DNA of 64,000 nt, taken from contig DASSXV010000007.1 of the NCBI GenBank assembly GCA_035703635.1, positions 1-64,000 of the forward strand, given 5' to 3'. The number at the start of each line of letters is the position of its first letter. Position 1 is the first letter of the stretch. Under the pieces are notes generated by a model, which worked only from the letters and a program-made list of their open reading frames with translations, had not been told where the DNA came from and searched no databases. This document shows, piece after piece, positions 31,558 to 40,467 of this stretch. The translations under genes and the position numbers were made by a program. This DNA is from Trueperaceae bacterium. GTDB taxonomy: Bacteria > Deinococcota > Deinococci > Deinococcales > Trueperaceae.

Positions 31558-32737
31558 CGCCGGCCACCCCCCTCAACGCCAGACCGAGCGGCACCGCGAA
31601 CTCAGCCGCTACGTTCCGCAGGTAGTGCGTGTCGAAGCGGTTCTCGTCGACGGCGACGCTTAGCCACGGATCGCCGAGCTCGACCTTGATGCCGAGCGCG
31701 TCGCCGATGGCCTCAGGTAAACCGCGGAGCTTGGCGCCGCCACCCGCGACGAGCATGCGGCTGATGGTGGCGTCACCTGACTGCACGCGGAAGAACTCGA
31801 GCGAGCGGCGGATCTCGGTGGTCAACTCGACCAGCACCGGCCGCAGGGCGTCGTACACGCGCGAAGGGGAGAACTGTTCGCGTTTCGCGTCGAAGTTGAG
31901 GAGGTCCTCCTCGTCCTCGGTCGGGATGGTGGCCGTGCCGTACTCGATCTTCACGTCCTCGGCGCTGTCGAAGTCGAGTCCGAAGGCGCGCTGGACCGCG
32001 GTCGTGAAGTCGTCGCCGCTCACGTTGATGTTGCGGTTCATGAGGACGCGCTGGCCGCGCACGAGGGTGACCGTCGAAGTGCTTGCCGCGATCTCGAGCA
32101 CGACGCCGATCTCGTTCGCCTCGGTGAAGTTCTCGCTCGAGAGCGTCTGCTTCGTGAGGTGCTCGCCGTGCAGCGAACCGCGTAGGGCGCGCAGGAGCGA
32201 GAACGGCTTGACGTCGATGACGTGAGGCTCGAGCCCGGCCTGCTTGAGGTACTCGACCTGCTGCGACACCTCGTCGAGGCGTGCGGCCGCGATCACCACT
32301 TCGAGCTGGCCGCCCTCTTCGACGTCCTCCGGGTTATCGAGGACGAAGTAGTCGAGAACGACCTCGTCGATGGGGAATGGGATGTACCGCTCAGCTTCCC
32401 AGCGGATGGCTTCGTCGAGTTCGGCTACCGTCATGCGCGGAACGTGGATGTTACGCGTGATGGCTTGCCGGTTGCTGACAGCCGTGACCGTGTAGCGCCT
32501 TTGAATCCCGGCTTCGTGGAAGAGCGCCTTGATCTCTTCAGCTAAGCCTTGTGGATCGGTGACTTCGTCCTCAGTGATGAGGCCTGGAGGCATCGGTCGC
32601 ACGGCCATGGCCCCCAGCGTTGGGGGGTTACCGGCGCGAAGCTCCACCACCTTAAGCGCGCTGGTCCCGACTTCGAGCCCGACTGCCTCGATCTTGGGAC
32701 TGAGCAAGCGAGACATCCGCTCGCGCAATGAGACCAT
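31550..32737 (-). CDS. pilM: Type IV pilus assembly protein PilM
   Basis: VGLEVGTSALKVVEL, WEAERYIPFPIDEVVLD, EIRRSLEFF, GGGAKLRGL, GLALRG. Confidence 0.95.
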   Translation of the reverse strand: MVSLRERMSRLLSPKIEAVGLEVGTSALKVVELRAGNPPTLGAMAVRPMPPGLITEDEVTDPQGLAEEIKALFHEAGIQRRYTVTAVSNRQAITRNIHVPRMTVAELDEAIRWEAERYIPFPIDEVVLDYFVLDNPEDVEEGGQLEVVIAAARLDEVSQQVEYLKQAGLEPHVIDVKPFSLLRALRGSLHGEHLTKQTLSSENFTEANEIGVVLEIAASTSTVTLVRGQRVLMNRNINVSGDDFTTAVQRAFGLDFDSAEDVKIEYGTATIPTEDEEDLLNFDAKREQFSPSRVYDALRPVLVELTTEIRRSLEFFRVQSGDATISRMLVAGGGAKLRGLPEAIGDALGIKVELGDPWLSVAVDENRFDTHYLRNVAAEFAVPLGLALRGVAGVD

Positions 32738-32764
32738 ACCGTCTCCTCCTCGTAAATCTGGGGG

Positions 32765-32773
32765 AGTCTATCA
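32765..32773 (-). promoter_or_regulatory. Extended -10 promoter candidate for the pilM operon
   Basis: TGATAGACT (TGn-TAnnnT) upstream of SD AGGAGGAG. Confidence 0.5.
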
Positions 32774-32935
32774 TGCGGTCTTCGCGCCACCACGTGAAAA
32801 ATGCCTTCTCAGGGTGACGGCGCGGCCGGGCAGCTGTTAGCAGTTTTGCGTGCAGCACAGCAACCGAGCATGAAAGGCGCGTGAGCGGAAGATGTGCGGT
32901 TTCTTGCATAACTCACGCTAAGCGCGCAGCGGAGC

Positions 32936-34267
32936 TTAGTGAGAGGTCTTGGCCAAGTCGTTGAAGCGCACGTGCGCGTTGTGGAACTGCAACTCGAGGC
33001 TGCCGGTCGGGCCGTTGCGCTGCTTGCCGATGATGATCTCCGCGATGCCGTGCTTCTCACTATGCGGGTCGTAGTACTCGTCGCGGTAGATGAACATGAC
33101 GAGGTCGGCGTCCTGCTCGATGGCGCCAGACTCGCGCAAGTCCGAGAGCATGGGCCGCTTGTTGGGGCGCGCCTCGACGGCGCGCGACAGTTGAGACAAG
33201 ACGAGGACTGGCACGTCGAGCTCACGCGCGAGGCCCTTTAGTCCCCGTGAGATGGTCGAGATCTCCTGCTGGCGGTTCTCGCCGATGCTCCGCGAGCTGC
33301 CAGACATGAGCTGCAGGTAGTCGATTATCAACAGGTCGAGTCCGTGTTCAGCCTGCAGGCGCCTGGCGCGTGAGCGGAGCTCCATGACCGTCATGTCGGC
33401 GTGGTCGTCGATGAAGACCTTGGCTTCCGACATGCGGCCAGCCGCGTCCGCTAGCCGCTGGAAGTCGCGGTCGGTGAGCTGACCGGAGCGCACGCGCGTC
33501 ATGTCTACCCGCGCCTCCGCGCACAACATGCGCTGCACGAGCTGCACGGCGGACATCTCGAGGGAGAAGATGCCGACGGAAGCGCTCTCCTTAAGTGCGG
33601 CGTTCAGGCCGATGGTGAGGGCAAGAGCGGTCTTGCCCATCGATGGCCTGGCGGCGAGGACGTTGAGGCTGGCCGGTTGCAGCCCGCCAGTCATGCCGTC
33701 TAGGTCGCGGAAACCGGCAGGCAACCCCGACACGGGGTTGGGGTCGGCGAAGCGCTCGTTGATCTCCTGGAACGTCTCCGTCACGAGGGTGCGCATGCCC
33801 TCGAAGTTCGTGCGGCGCTTGCGGGTGGTGAGGTCGAAGATGGCCTTCTCGGCTGTGTCGAGGACCTCCTCGAGTGGGCCTGACTGATCGAACGCTGCCT
33901 GCATGATGCGCCCGCCAGCACCGATCAGGTCGCGCAGCGTGGCCTTCTCGAGCACGATGCGCGCGTAGCTCTCGGCGTACGCGGCGGTCGGGACGGAGTC
34001 GACGAGGCCGACTAGGTAGGCGACGCTGCCAACACCCTCGAGGTCGCCGGTCTGGCGGAGTTCCTCCGTGAGGGTGACGAGGTCCATCGGTTCGCCGCGG
34101 CGGTGCAGGCGCTCCATGGCCCTGAAGAGCTTGCGGTGGGCCTCCTTGTAGAACTGGTCGGCCGTGAGGGTGCCCTCTAGGTGGCCATAGACCTCGTTAT
34201 CCAGCAAGATGCTGCCGAGAACGCTCTGCTCGGCCTCGAGGTTGTGCGGCGGTGTGCGGCTTTCCAC
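32936..34267 (-). CDS. dnaB: Replicative DNA helicase
   Basis: PPHNLEAEQSVLG, AARPSMGKT, IDYLQLM, LSQLSR, SDLRESGAIEQDAD, KQRNGP; no intein. Confidence 0.98.
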   Translation of the reverse strand: MESRTPPHNLEAEQSVLGSILLDNEVYGHLEGTLTADQFYKEAHRKLFRAMERLHRRGEPMDLVTLTEELRQTGDLEGVGSVAYLVGLVDSVPTAAYAESYARIVLEKATLRDLIGAGGRIMQAAFDQSGPLEEVLDTAEKAIFDLTTRKRRTNFEGMRTLVTETFQEINERFADPNPVSGLPAGFRDLDGMTGGLQPASLNVLAARPSMGKTALALTIGLNAALKESASVGIFSLEMSAVQLVQRMLCAEARVDMTRVRSGQLTDRDFQRLADAAGRMSEAKVFIDDHADMTVMELRSRARRLQAEHGLDLLIIDYLQLMSGSSRSIGENRQQEISTISRGLKGLARELDVPVLVLSQLSRAVEARPNKRPMLSDLRESGAIEQDADLVMFIYRDEYYDPHSEKHGIAEIIIGKQRNGPTGSLELQFHNAHVRFNDLAKTSH

Positions 34268-34279
34268 GCGGGCATCTTA
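34268..34279 (-). promoter_or_regulatory. -10 box of leaderless dnaB
   Basis: TAAGAT-GCCCGC-GTG on the minus strand. Confidence 0.7.
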
Positions 34280-34352
34280 CCCACAGTGCGCCTCGCGCCG
34301 CCGCCGCCCACGAGGCCGCCGCAACACGTGTGACAGGTAGAATGGTCGCCTG

Positions 34353-36218
34353 ATGGAACTCTTGACGACCTGGGTCCTGCCCCTCCTCGTTGCCTACGCG
34401 ATCGGCTCGCTGCCGCTCGGTGCGTGGCTCGTTCAGGCGGCCTCTGGCTTCGACCCGCGTGATGTCAACCCGCACCTGCTTGGCGTCGAGAACGTCTACA
34501 AGCTCGTTGGTCCATGGGTGGCCGTCAGCTCCTTCGTCCTCGACGTGCTGAAGGGCGCCCTCGGCGTCATGAGCGGAGCGCTAGTGATGGTGGCCGCTAG
34601 CGGCGCAACTAGCTTGATGCTCGACCCGCTGCTCGGCCTCCGCGTCGTAACTCCGTGGTCGCTCTCTGGCCTCGCTGACTTCACGAGCCCGATGGCCGTC
34701 GCGCCAGGCGACCTGGCCGCCACGGCAGGCGCCGCCTTCTTCGGTGTGCTCTTCGGTCACTTGCACCCACTACCTCTCAAGCGTTTGGCGTCCGTGCCCC
34801 GTGGGCGCGGGAACGGTGTCATCGTCGGCGCGCTCGCCGCACTGTTCGGCCTGGGCGTGCTGCCGTTCTGGCTGCCGACGGTCGCCGTGGTCGTGTACTC
34901 CTTGGTGTTGGCACGCAGCGGGTACGTGGCCCTCGCCAGCCTCGCGGGGCTCGCGGCCCTCGCCGTTGGAGGGCTCGTCGGTGCGGGCTTCGGACTCGTA
35001 GGTTGGGCGCCCGCCCTCGCTATCACCGCCACCACGCTCCTCCTCGCGTGGCGCCACAGGCAGGCCATCAACCGCATCAACGACGGCACGGAGGCGCGTC
35101 TCGGCGCGCCGCCCCCAGTGCGCGGCCTCGACCCGAACACCGTGCTGTGCGCCTTCATGGTGCATCCACTTACCTACGACGACGTCTGGCAGCCCCGCTC
35201 GAGCCGTTGGTTGCGGTGGGTGGTAGTGACGCTGGTGCGTCCTGGCATCTTGCCTGAGCGGTGGCTCAAGCGCCTCTTCCTCAACATCCGTCCCCAGTTC
35301 CATGGGGTCATCGAAGGCATAGAGCTATCAGACGGGCGCAAGCTGCGGGTGCTGCTCATCTCGGCGCCGCTGATGCCGGACCAGTTCCGCACCAACCCCG
35401 ATGACGCGCTGCGCATCGCCATCCAGGGAGCCCGCTTCGCGCACCGCCTCGGCGCCGAGGTCGTTGGTCTTGGGGCCTTCTGGTCGACGGTCGGCGAGAA
35501 GGGCGCGGCCGTGCAGGAGGCGGTTCCGGAGATCGTCGTCACCAATGGCGGCGCGTACACGGCAGCTACGGTCAAGGCCGCGGTGCCCGGACTCCTCAAG
35601 CGCTTCAAGGCCCAGGGCGGCAACCTCAAGACCTCTAGTGCCGCGGTGGTGGGAGCCAACGGCGTGGTGGCGTTCGGCGTCGCGCGTCTCATCGCTTCAG
35701 AGGTGGCGGAGGTCGTGCTCATCGGCCGCGACCGCGAGCGCCTCAACCGTTCGGCGGACAGTCTGCGCAAGAAGTACCCGCACACGAACATCGTAGCCAC
35801 CACCGACATAGACGCCGTGGCTGGCTCCGACCTCATCTTCACGGCAACGTCCGACCCCAACCCCGTGATCTTCGCGCACCACGTCAAACCAGGGGCGTGG
35901 ATCTACGACCTCGGTAGGCCGGTGGACGTCGACGAGAGCGTGAGGGACGTGCCTGGCGTCGAACTCGTCCCCGGCGGCGTCGTCAGGCCACCAGGGAGCA
36001 TGCGCAGCCGCATCGACCTGCGCTTCGGCGACGGCAACGTGCCGGCCTGCCTGGCCGAGACCATGATCCTGACGGCTACTGGCGATTACGCGCGCCGCAG
36101 CATCGGCAACGGCACGCGCTCGGCGGACATCGAGTTCTACCTCCTCGAAGGCGAACGCCTAGGCTTCGAGATCGTCACGCGCGACGGCCGCTTGGCGCCA
36201 GCCAAGGTCACCGCTTGA
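34353..36218 (+). CDS. PlsY-like membrane acyltransferase domain fused to an acyl-ACP-reductase-like (Rossmann) domain
   Basis: N-terminal AYAIGSLP, LDVLKG, GHLHP, RHRQAINRINDGTE; C-terminal AFMVHP, GLGAFWS, TNGGAYTA, VVGANG, GGVV, ACLAETMIL. Confidence 0.8.
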   Translation: MELLTTWVLPLLVAYAIGSLPLGAWLVQAASGFDPRDVNPHLLGVENVYKLVGPWVAVSSFVLDVLKGALGVMSGALVMVAASGATSLMLDPLLGLRVVTPWSLSGLADFTSPMAVAPGDLAATAGAAFFGVLFGHLHPLPLKRLASVPRGRGNGVIVGALAALFGLGVLPFWLPTVAVVVYSLVLARSGYVALASLAGLAALAVGGLVGAGFGLVGWAPALAITATTLLLAWRHRQAINRINDGTEARLGAPPPVRGLDPNTVLCAFMVHPLTYDDVWQPRSSRWLRWVVVTLVRPGILPERWLKRLFLNIRPQFHGVIEGIELSDGRKLRVLLISAPLMPDQFRTNPDDALRIAIQGARFAHRLGAEVVGLGAFWSTVGEKGAAVQEAVPEIVVTNGGAYTAATVKAAVPGLLKRFKAQGGNLKTSSAAVVGANGVVAFGVARLIASEVAEVVLIGRDRERLNRSADSLRKKYPHTNIVATTDIDAVAGSDLIFTATSDPNPVIFAHHVKPGAWIYDLGRPVDVDESVRDVPGVELVPGGVVRPPGSMRSRIDLRFGDGNVPACLAETMILTATGDYARRSIGNGTRSADIEFYLLEGERLGFEIVTRDGRLAPAKVTA

Positions 36219-37006
36219 GGGCCTTCAAGATCGCCGGACTGACGGGCGAGTCGCCCGAGTTGGCGGCGCTCTGGGACTTGGGCTGCCTCGGCGTTCAAGA
36301 GGACGACGACATCGATGGCGTTTCCGTCATCGCGTACTTCGATACCCAACGCGAGCTGCCAGTGGCGGGAACGTGGCTGGAACTGCCAGACACCGATTAC
36401 GTCGCGCAGTACCAGCAGACGCTGGCGCCCATCAGGTTCGGGCAGTTGGTGGTGGCGCCGACCCACGCGAAAGTCGAGTTGGCCGCAGGTGAGGTGGTGC
36501 TGTGGCTCGACCCAGGTGCGGCCTTCGGGAGCGGCCATCACGAGACCACGGGCATGGCGTTAGCTGCGCTGACCCGCCTCGACCTGAGCGGCCGCACGGT
36601 GCTAGACGTCGGCGCTGGCAGCGGGTTGTTGGCGCTAGCGGCCGACCGACTCGGAGCGGAGCACACGTACGGCGTTGATATCGACGCCGCCACCGTGGCA
36701 GTCGCGCGCGAGAACGGCCGCCTCAACCGCTCGCGGGCGCGCTTCGCGGCAGGTACCTTGGAGGTGGCCGGTGCGCCTGGACACGTCGACGTGCTCGTAT
36801 CCAACCTCTACGCCGAGTTGCACCAGAGCCTCTTCGCTGATTACGTGAAGCGCGTGCTAGTCGGCGGTCGCATCATCCTCACCGGCATCCTCGCCGCCAG
36901 ACGCCACTTGGTGATCGAGGCCGCCCCGTCTAGCGCGAGGCTGGTGGGGGAGGCGACGGCGGGCGAGTGGCTCCTCCTCGAGTTCGAGGTAACGAGGGCG
37001 CCTTGA
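36215..37006 (+). CDS. prmA: Ribosomal protein L11 methyltransferase
   Basis: LDPGAAFGSGHHETT, VLDVGAGSGLL, GVDID; TTGA overlap. Confidence 0.93.
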   Translation: MRAFKIAGLTGESPELAALWDLGCLGVQEDDDIDGVSVIAYFDTQRELPVAGTWLELPDTDYVAQYQQTLAPIRFGQLVVAPTHAKVELAAGEVVLWLDPGAAFGSGHHETTGMALAALTRLDLSGRTVLDVGAGSGLLALAADRLGAEHTYGVDIDAATVAVARENGRLNRSRARFAAGTLEVAGAPGHVDVLVSNLYAELHQSLFADYVKRVLVGGRIILTGILAARRHLVIEAAPSSARLVGEATAGEWLLLEFEVTRAP

Positions 37007-37701
37007 GGGTCAACCGCGTGCTCGTACCCGAGCTAGGCGCCGACGAGGTCGTGCTGCGCGGCCCAGAAGCGCACCACTTGCGTGACGTCCTGCGCCTCAA
37101 GGCGGGCGCGCTAGTCGAAGCGTTCGACGGCAACGGCAACGTCGCGGCGGGCAGCGTCGCTGCCGCTGACCAAGGCGGCGTGGTACTGACCTTGGGTCAA
37201 CCACAGCCGAGCGAGGCAGAGGCGCAGCTGGACGTGACCGTGGCCGTCGCCCTCCTGAAGGGCGACAAGTTGGCGGACGTAGTGCGCCAATGCACGGAGC
37301 TGGGCGTCATGCGCTTCGTGCTGCTCGTAACGCGCCACGCGGACGTAACCGACATGTCTCACGCGAAACTGCTGCGCCTGCAGCGCGTGGCCGAGGAGGC
37401 GACGCGGCAGAGCGGCAGGGCGCGCGTGCCGCAGGTCGCGCCGCCCACGCCACTTGCCGCCTTGTCCTGGAGCGGCGCTGCGCTAGTAGCCGACCCACGG
37501 GCGACGGGCACGCTGACCGGTGCGGCGACCGCAGGGCGCTTGACGCTCGTCACCGGTCCAGAGGGAGGCCTGGCGACGAGCGAGGTCGAGGCGCTGGTGG
37601 CGCGTGGCGCCCGCGCCGTGACCCTCGGCCCGCGCATCTTGCGGGCCGAGACCGCACCGCTTGCCCTGGCCGCGCTTGCACTGTTGGGCGGCGGCCAGTG
37701 A
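37003..37701 (+). CDS. rsmE: 16S rRNA m3U1498 methyltransferase
   Basis: HHLRDVLRL, QCTELGV, EATRQSGR, GPEGGL, LGPRILRAETA. Confidence 0.95.
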   Translation: MRVNRVLVPELGADEVVLRGPEAHHLRDVLRLKAGALVEAFDGNGNVAAGSVAAADQGGVVLTLGQPQPSEAEAQLDVTVAVALLKGDKLADVVRQCTELGVMRFVLLVTRHADVTDMSHAKLLRLQRVAEEATRQSGRARVPQVAPPTPLAALSWSGAALVADPRATGTLTGAATAGRLTLVTGPEGGLATSEVEALVARGARAVTLGPRILRAETAPLALAALALLGGGQ

Positions 37702-38129
37702 GGGGCCGCGTTAGGTCGGTGGCGCTAGTGCTAGGCGCGACGCTGGTGTTGACGACCACGCTAATTACGGCCTGTCAGCCGCTCTACATCCCGCTCGTGC
37801 CGGCCGACGGCCTGCCAGAACCTCGCCCCACGCGTCTCACGGGAGCCAGCGCCCTCACGGTTGGCGAGGCGGGCAGGCCGCAGTTGGACGTCACCGTGCT
37901 CGACTTACCCGGCGCCGGGTGGCTGGCCGTGCAGTGGGTGGGCCCAGATGGCCGCGAGGCGGCTTCCGAGAGCGCATGGCTGGAGCTGGACGCGAACGGG
38001 TCTGCATTCACCTTCGAGGTGCCCGCAGACGTGCCGCTGCGGCCGGGCGAATGGCGCGCGGTCGTGTCGTTCGAGGGTGAGTTCCTCAGGCTGTACTCGC
38101 TGAACGTCCCCGACCTGAACACCAAGTAG
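37698..38129 (+). CDS. Putative lipoprotein with beta-rich (Ig-like) domain
   Basis: GTG 37698; basic N-terminus, hydrophobic core and lipobox LITA|C; WLAVQW...PGEWRAVVSF. Confidence 0.7.
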   Translation: MRGRVRSVALVLGATLVLTTTLITACQPLYIPLVPADGLPEPRPTRLTGASALTVGEAGRPQLDVTVLDLPGAGWLAVQWVGPDGREAASESAWLELDANGSAFTFEVPADVPLRPGEWRAVVSFEGEFLRLYSLNVPDLNTK

Positions 38130-38131
38130 AA

Positions 38132-38164
38132 CTGCGGGCGCAACCATCGAGGTTGCGCCCGCAG
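38132..38164. terminator. Perfect 14-bp hairpin between convergent genes (probable bidirectional terminator)
   Basis: CTGCGGGCGCAACC-ATCGA-GGTTGCGCCCGCAG. Confidence 0.7.
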
Positions 38165-38186
38165 ACTGGACGGTGCCGGCTGGCTT

Positions 38187-40403
38187 TTAGGCCTTGGCTG
38201 TGCGCTTGCCGCGGCTGGTGCCGCGGTTGTTCTCGATGCGCTTCTGCTGCCACTCGCGTACCCACACGATGGTCGGGGCGAGCAGGAAGATGCTCGAGAA
38301 CGTCCCGATGACGATACCGACGAGCAGCGTGACGCTGAAGCCGCGCAGCACGCTGCCGCCGAAGACGAGCAGCGCAAGTACGGGCAGGAGGGTGGTTCCC
38401 GACGTCGCAACGGTGCGCGTGAGAGTCTGGTTGACGGCCAGGTTGACGAGCTCGCGGTAGGGCTTGTCGCGGATGACGCGAACGTTCTCCCTGATGCGGT
38501 CGGCGATGATGATCGAGTCGTTCAGCGAGTAGCCGATCACGAAGAGGAGCGCGGCGAGCACTGGGATAGAGAACTCGATGCCGAGCAGCGCCTGCACCCC
38601 GAGCGTGATGGCGACGTCGTGAGCGCTTGCCAACACGACGGCGAGGGCCACCACCCAGTTCGGCCAGAAGCGGAACGCGAGGTAGACGAGCACGAGCAAG
38701 AGCGCCACGACGACCGCCAGGATCGCACCGCGGCGCAGGTCTGCGCCGACCGATGGGCCTACGAAGTCGGACGATAGCTTGGTGCCACCAACGGCAGCCG
38801 CCAAGTCGCTTGCGAACTCGTCTGTTGCCTCCTGCGCCGAGTCGCCGAGGCCGACGCGCACCGAAACTTGACGCGTCAGCGCCGTGCCACCCTCGCTCGA
38901 CTCGACGACCGTCGCGCCGTCACCGGTTACGCCTGGGATGCCCAGATCGTCGATGGCAGCGCGAACCTGGCTCGTCGTCACGCTCGTTGGCACGTCGAGG
39001 ATGGCGTTGGAGCCGCCCGTGAAGTCGGTGGAGAGGCTGAGGCCAGTGATCGACACGTAGATGATGGCGGCCACGGCGAGCGCACCAGTGGTGAAGACGA
39101 ACGGCCTGGCGCGCTCGACGAGGCGCAGGCCCCTGACTTCCCAGCCCGACCACATGTAAGTGCGCTGGTTCTTGTCGGTCAACAGCCCGAGGACGTAGGG
39201 CACCACCACGATGTTCACGAACACGGACGCCACGACGCCGACGGCGAGGGTGATGGCGAAGCCGCGCACTGGGCCAGTCGTGTACTGGTAGAGGGCCAGC
39301 GCGGCAAGCAAGGTCGTGATGTTCGCGTCGATGATGGCCGAGAGAGAGTTCGAGAAGCCGCGCTTCATGGCGGACTTGAGCCCGCGCCCCTCACGAAGCT
39401 CTTCCCTGATGCGCTCGAACGAGATCACGTTGCCGTCGACCGCGGCGCCGATCGTAAGCACGAGGCCAGCGAGGCCAGGCAGCGTGAGGGCGGCGCCGAG
39501 CGCGGCTAGCACCCCGAAGATGAACAGCATGGCGAGGATGACGCCGAACGACAGCACCCCGCCGAAGAGGGGACCGTAGTACATGAGCACGGCGAGGATG
39601 ACAAGGATGCTGCCGACGATGGCGGCGGTGGCGCCCTTGTTGATCGAGTCCCGACCGAGCGTCGGCCCGATGGAGCGGACTTCGTCGACCTTGAGGCTGA
39701 TCGGCAAGCTACCGCTGCGGAGTACGACGGCGATGTCGGTGGCCTCGTCGAGGGTGCCGACGCCCGTGATCTGGCCGGAGTCGGAGATGCGCGACTGCAG
39801 CGTTGGCGCCGTGATGATGCGGTCGTCTAGCACGATGGCCATGCGGCGGCCGACGTTGCTTGCGGTGAAGTTGCCGAACGCTTGGGCGTCGCCCGGCCTG
39901 ATCTCGAACGTCACCACTGGGCCGCTGGGCGTTCCTGGCGACTGCTGGAACTGCGCGCTGGCCGTCTGGACGATCTCGCCGGTGAAGGCAACAGGGTCGA
40001 GGTCGTCGAGGGTGAGGGCCTCGGTCGGCAGGGCGTTGAACTCCGACTTGACGATGCGGAACTCGAGCACGGCCTGCTGACCGATGAGGTCAAGCGCGCG
40101 CTCCTGGTCGGCTGAAGTCAAGCCAGGCAGCTCGACGACTACCTTGTCGTTGCCTGCCGTGGCGACGAGGGCCTCTGAGACGCCGAACTGGTTGACGCGG
40201 TTCTCTACGATGTTGCGGGCCGTCGCCAGGTCTTCAGGCGACGGGTTGGGCGTGTCGGAAACGAGCGTTACGCGCAGGCCGCCCTGCAAGTCGAGACCGA
40301 GCTTGAGGGACGGCTCTGATGGGTTCCAGGGTTTCCAAAGAAACAAGATCGACGCGACGATCAGGGCGATCAGCGCTAGACCGGTGACTAGACGGTTGGA
40401 CAT
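38187..40403 (-). CDS. secDF: Fused protein translocase subunit SecDF
   Basis: LKLGLDLQGG, IGPTLG, AVDGNVISFERIREE, DFTGG, GYSLNDSIIIADRIRE. Confidence 0.97.
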   Translation of the reverse strand: MSNRLVTGLALIALIVASILFLWKPWNPSEPSLKLGLDLQGGLRVTLVSDTPNPSPEDLATARNIVENRVNQFGVSEALVATAGNDKVVVELPGLTSADQERALDLIGQQAVLEFRIVKSEFNALPTEALTLDDLDPVAFTGEIVQTASAQFQQSPGTPSGPVVTFEIRPGDAQAFGNFTASNVGRRMAIVLDDRIITAPTLQSRISDSGQITGVGTLDEATDIAVVLRSGSLPISLKVDEVRSIGPTLGRDSINKGATAAIVGSILVILAVLMYYGPLFGGVLSFGVILAMLFIFGVLAALGAALTLPGLAGLVLTIGAAVDGNVISFERIREELREGRGLKSAMKRGFSNSLSAIIDANITTLLAALALYQYTTGPVRGFAITLAVGVVASVFVNIVVVPYVLGLLTDKNQRTYMWSGWEVRGLRLVERARPFVFTTGALAVAAIIYVSITGLSLSTDFTGGSNAILDVPTSVTTSQVRAAIDDLGIPGVTGDGATVVESSEGGTALTRQVSVRVGLGDSAQEATDEFASDLAAAVGGTKLSSDFVGPSVGADLRRGAILAVVVALLLVLVYLAFRFWPNWVVALAVVLASAHDVAITLGVQALLGIEFSIPVLAALLFVIGYSLNDSIIIADRIRENVRVIRDKPYRELVNLAVNQTLTRTVATSGTTLLPVLALLVFGGSVLRGFSVTLLVGIVIGTFSSIFLLAPTIVWVREWQQKRIENNRGTSRGKRTAKA

Positions 40404-40467
40404 CGGACTCCAAAGGGTGTTGCGAGACTAAGGACGTAGTTGGGAACGGACGAGGGCGAGGGACTCG

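Noticed and set aside
32936-34267. Intein in dnaB
   Set aside because: 443 aa with contiguous helicase motifs; no insertion
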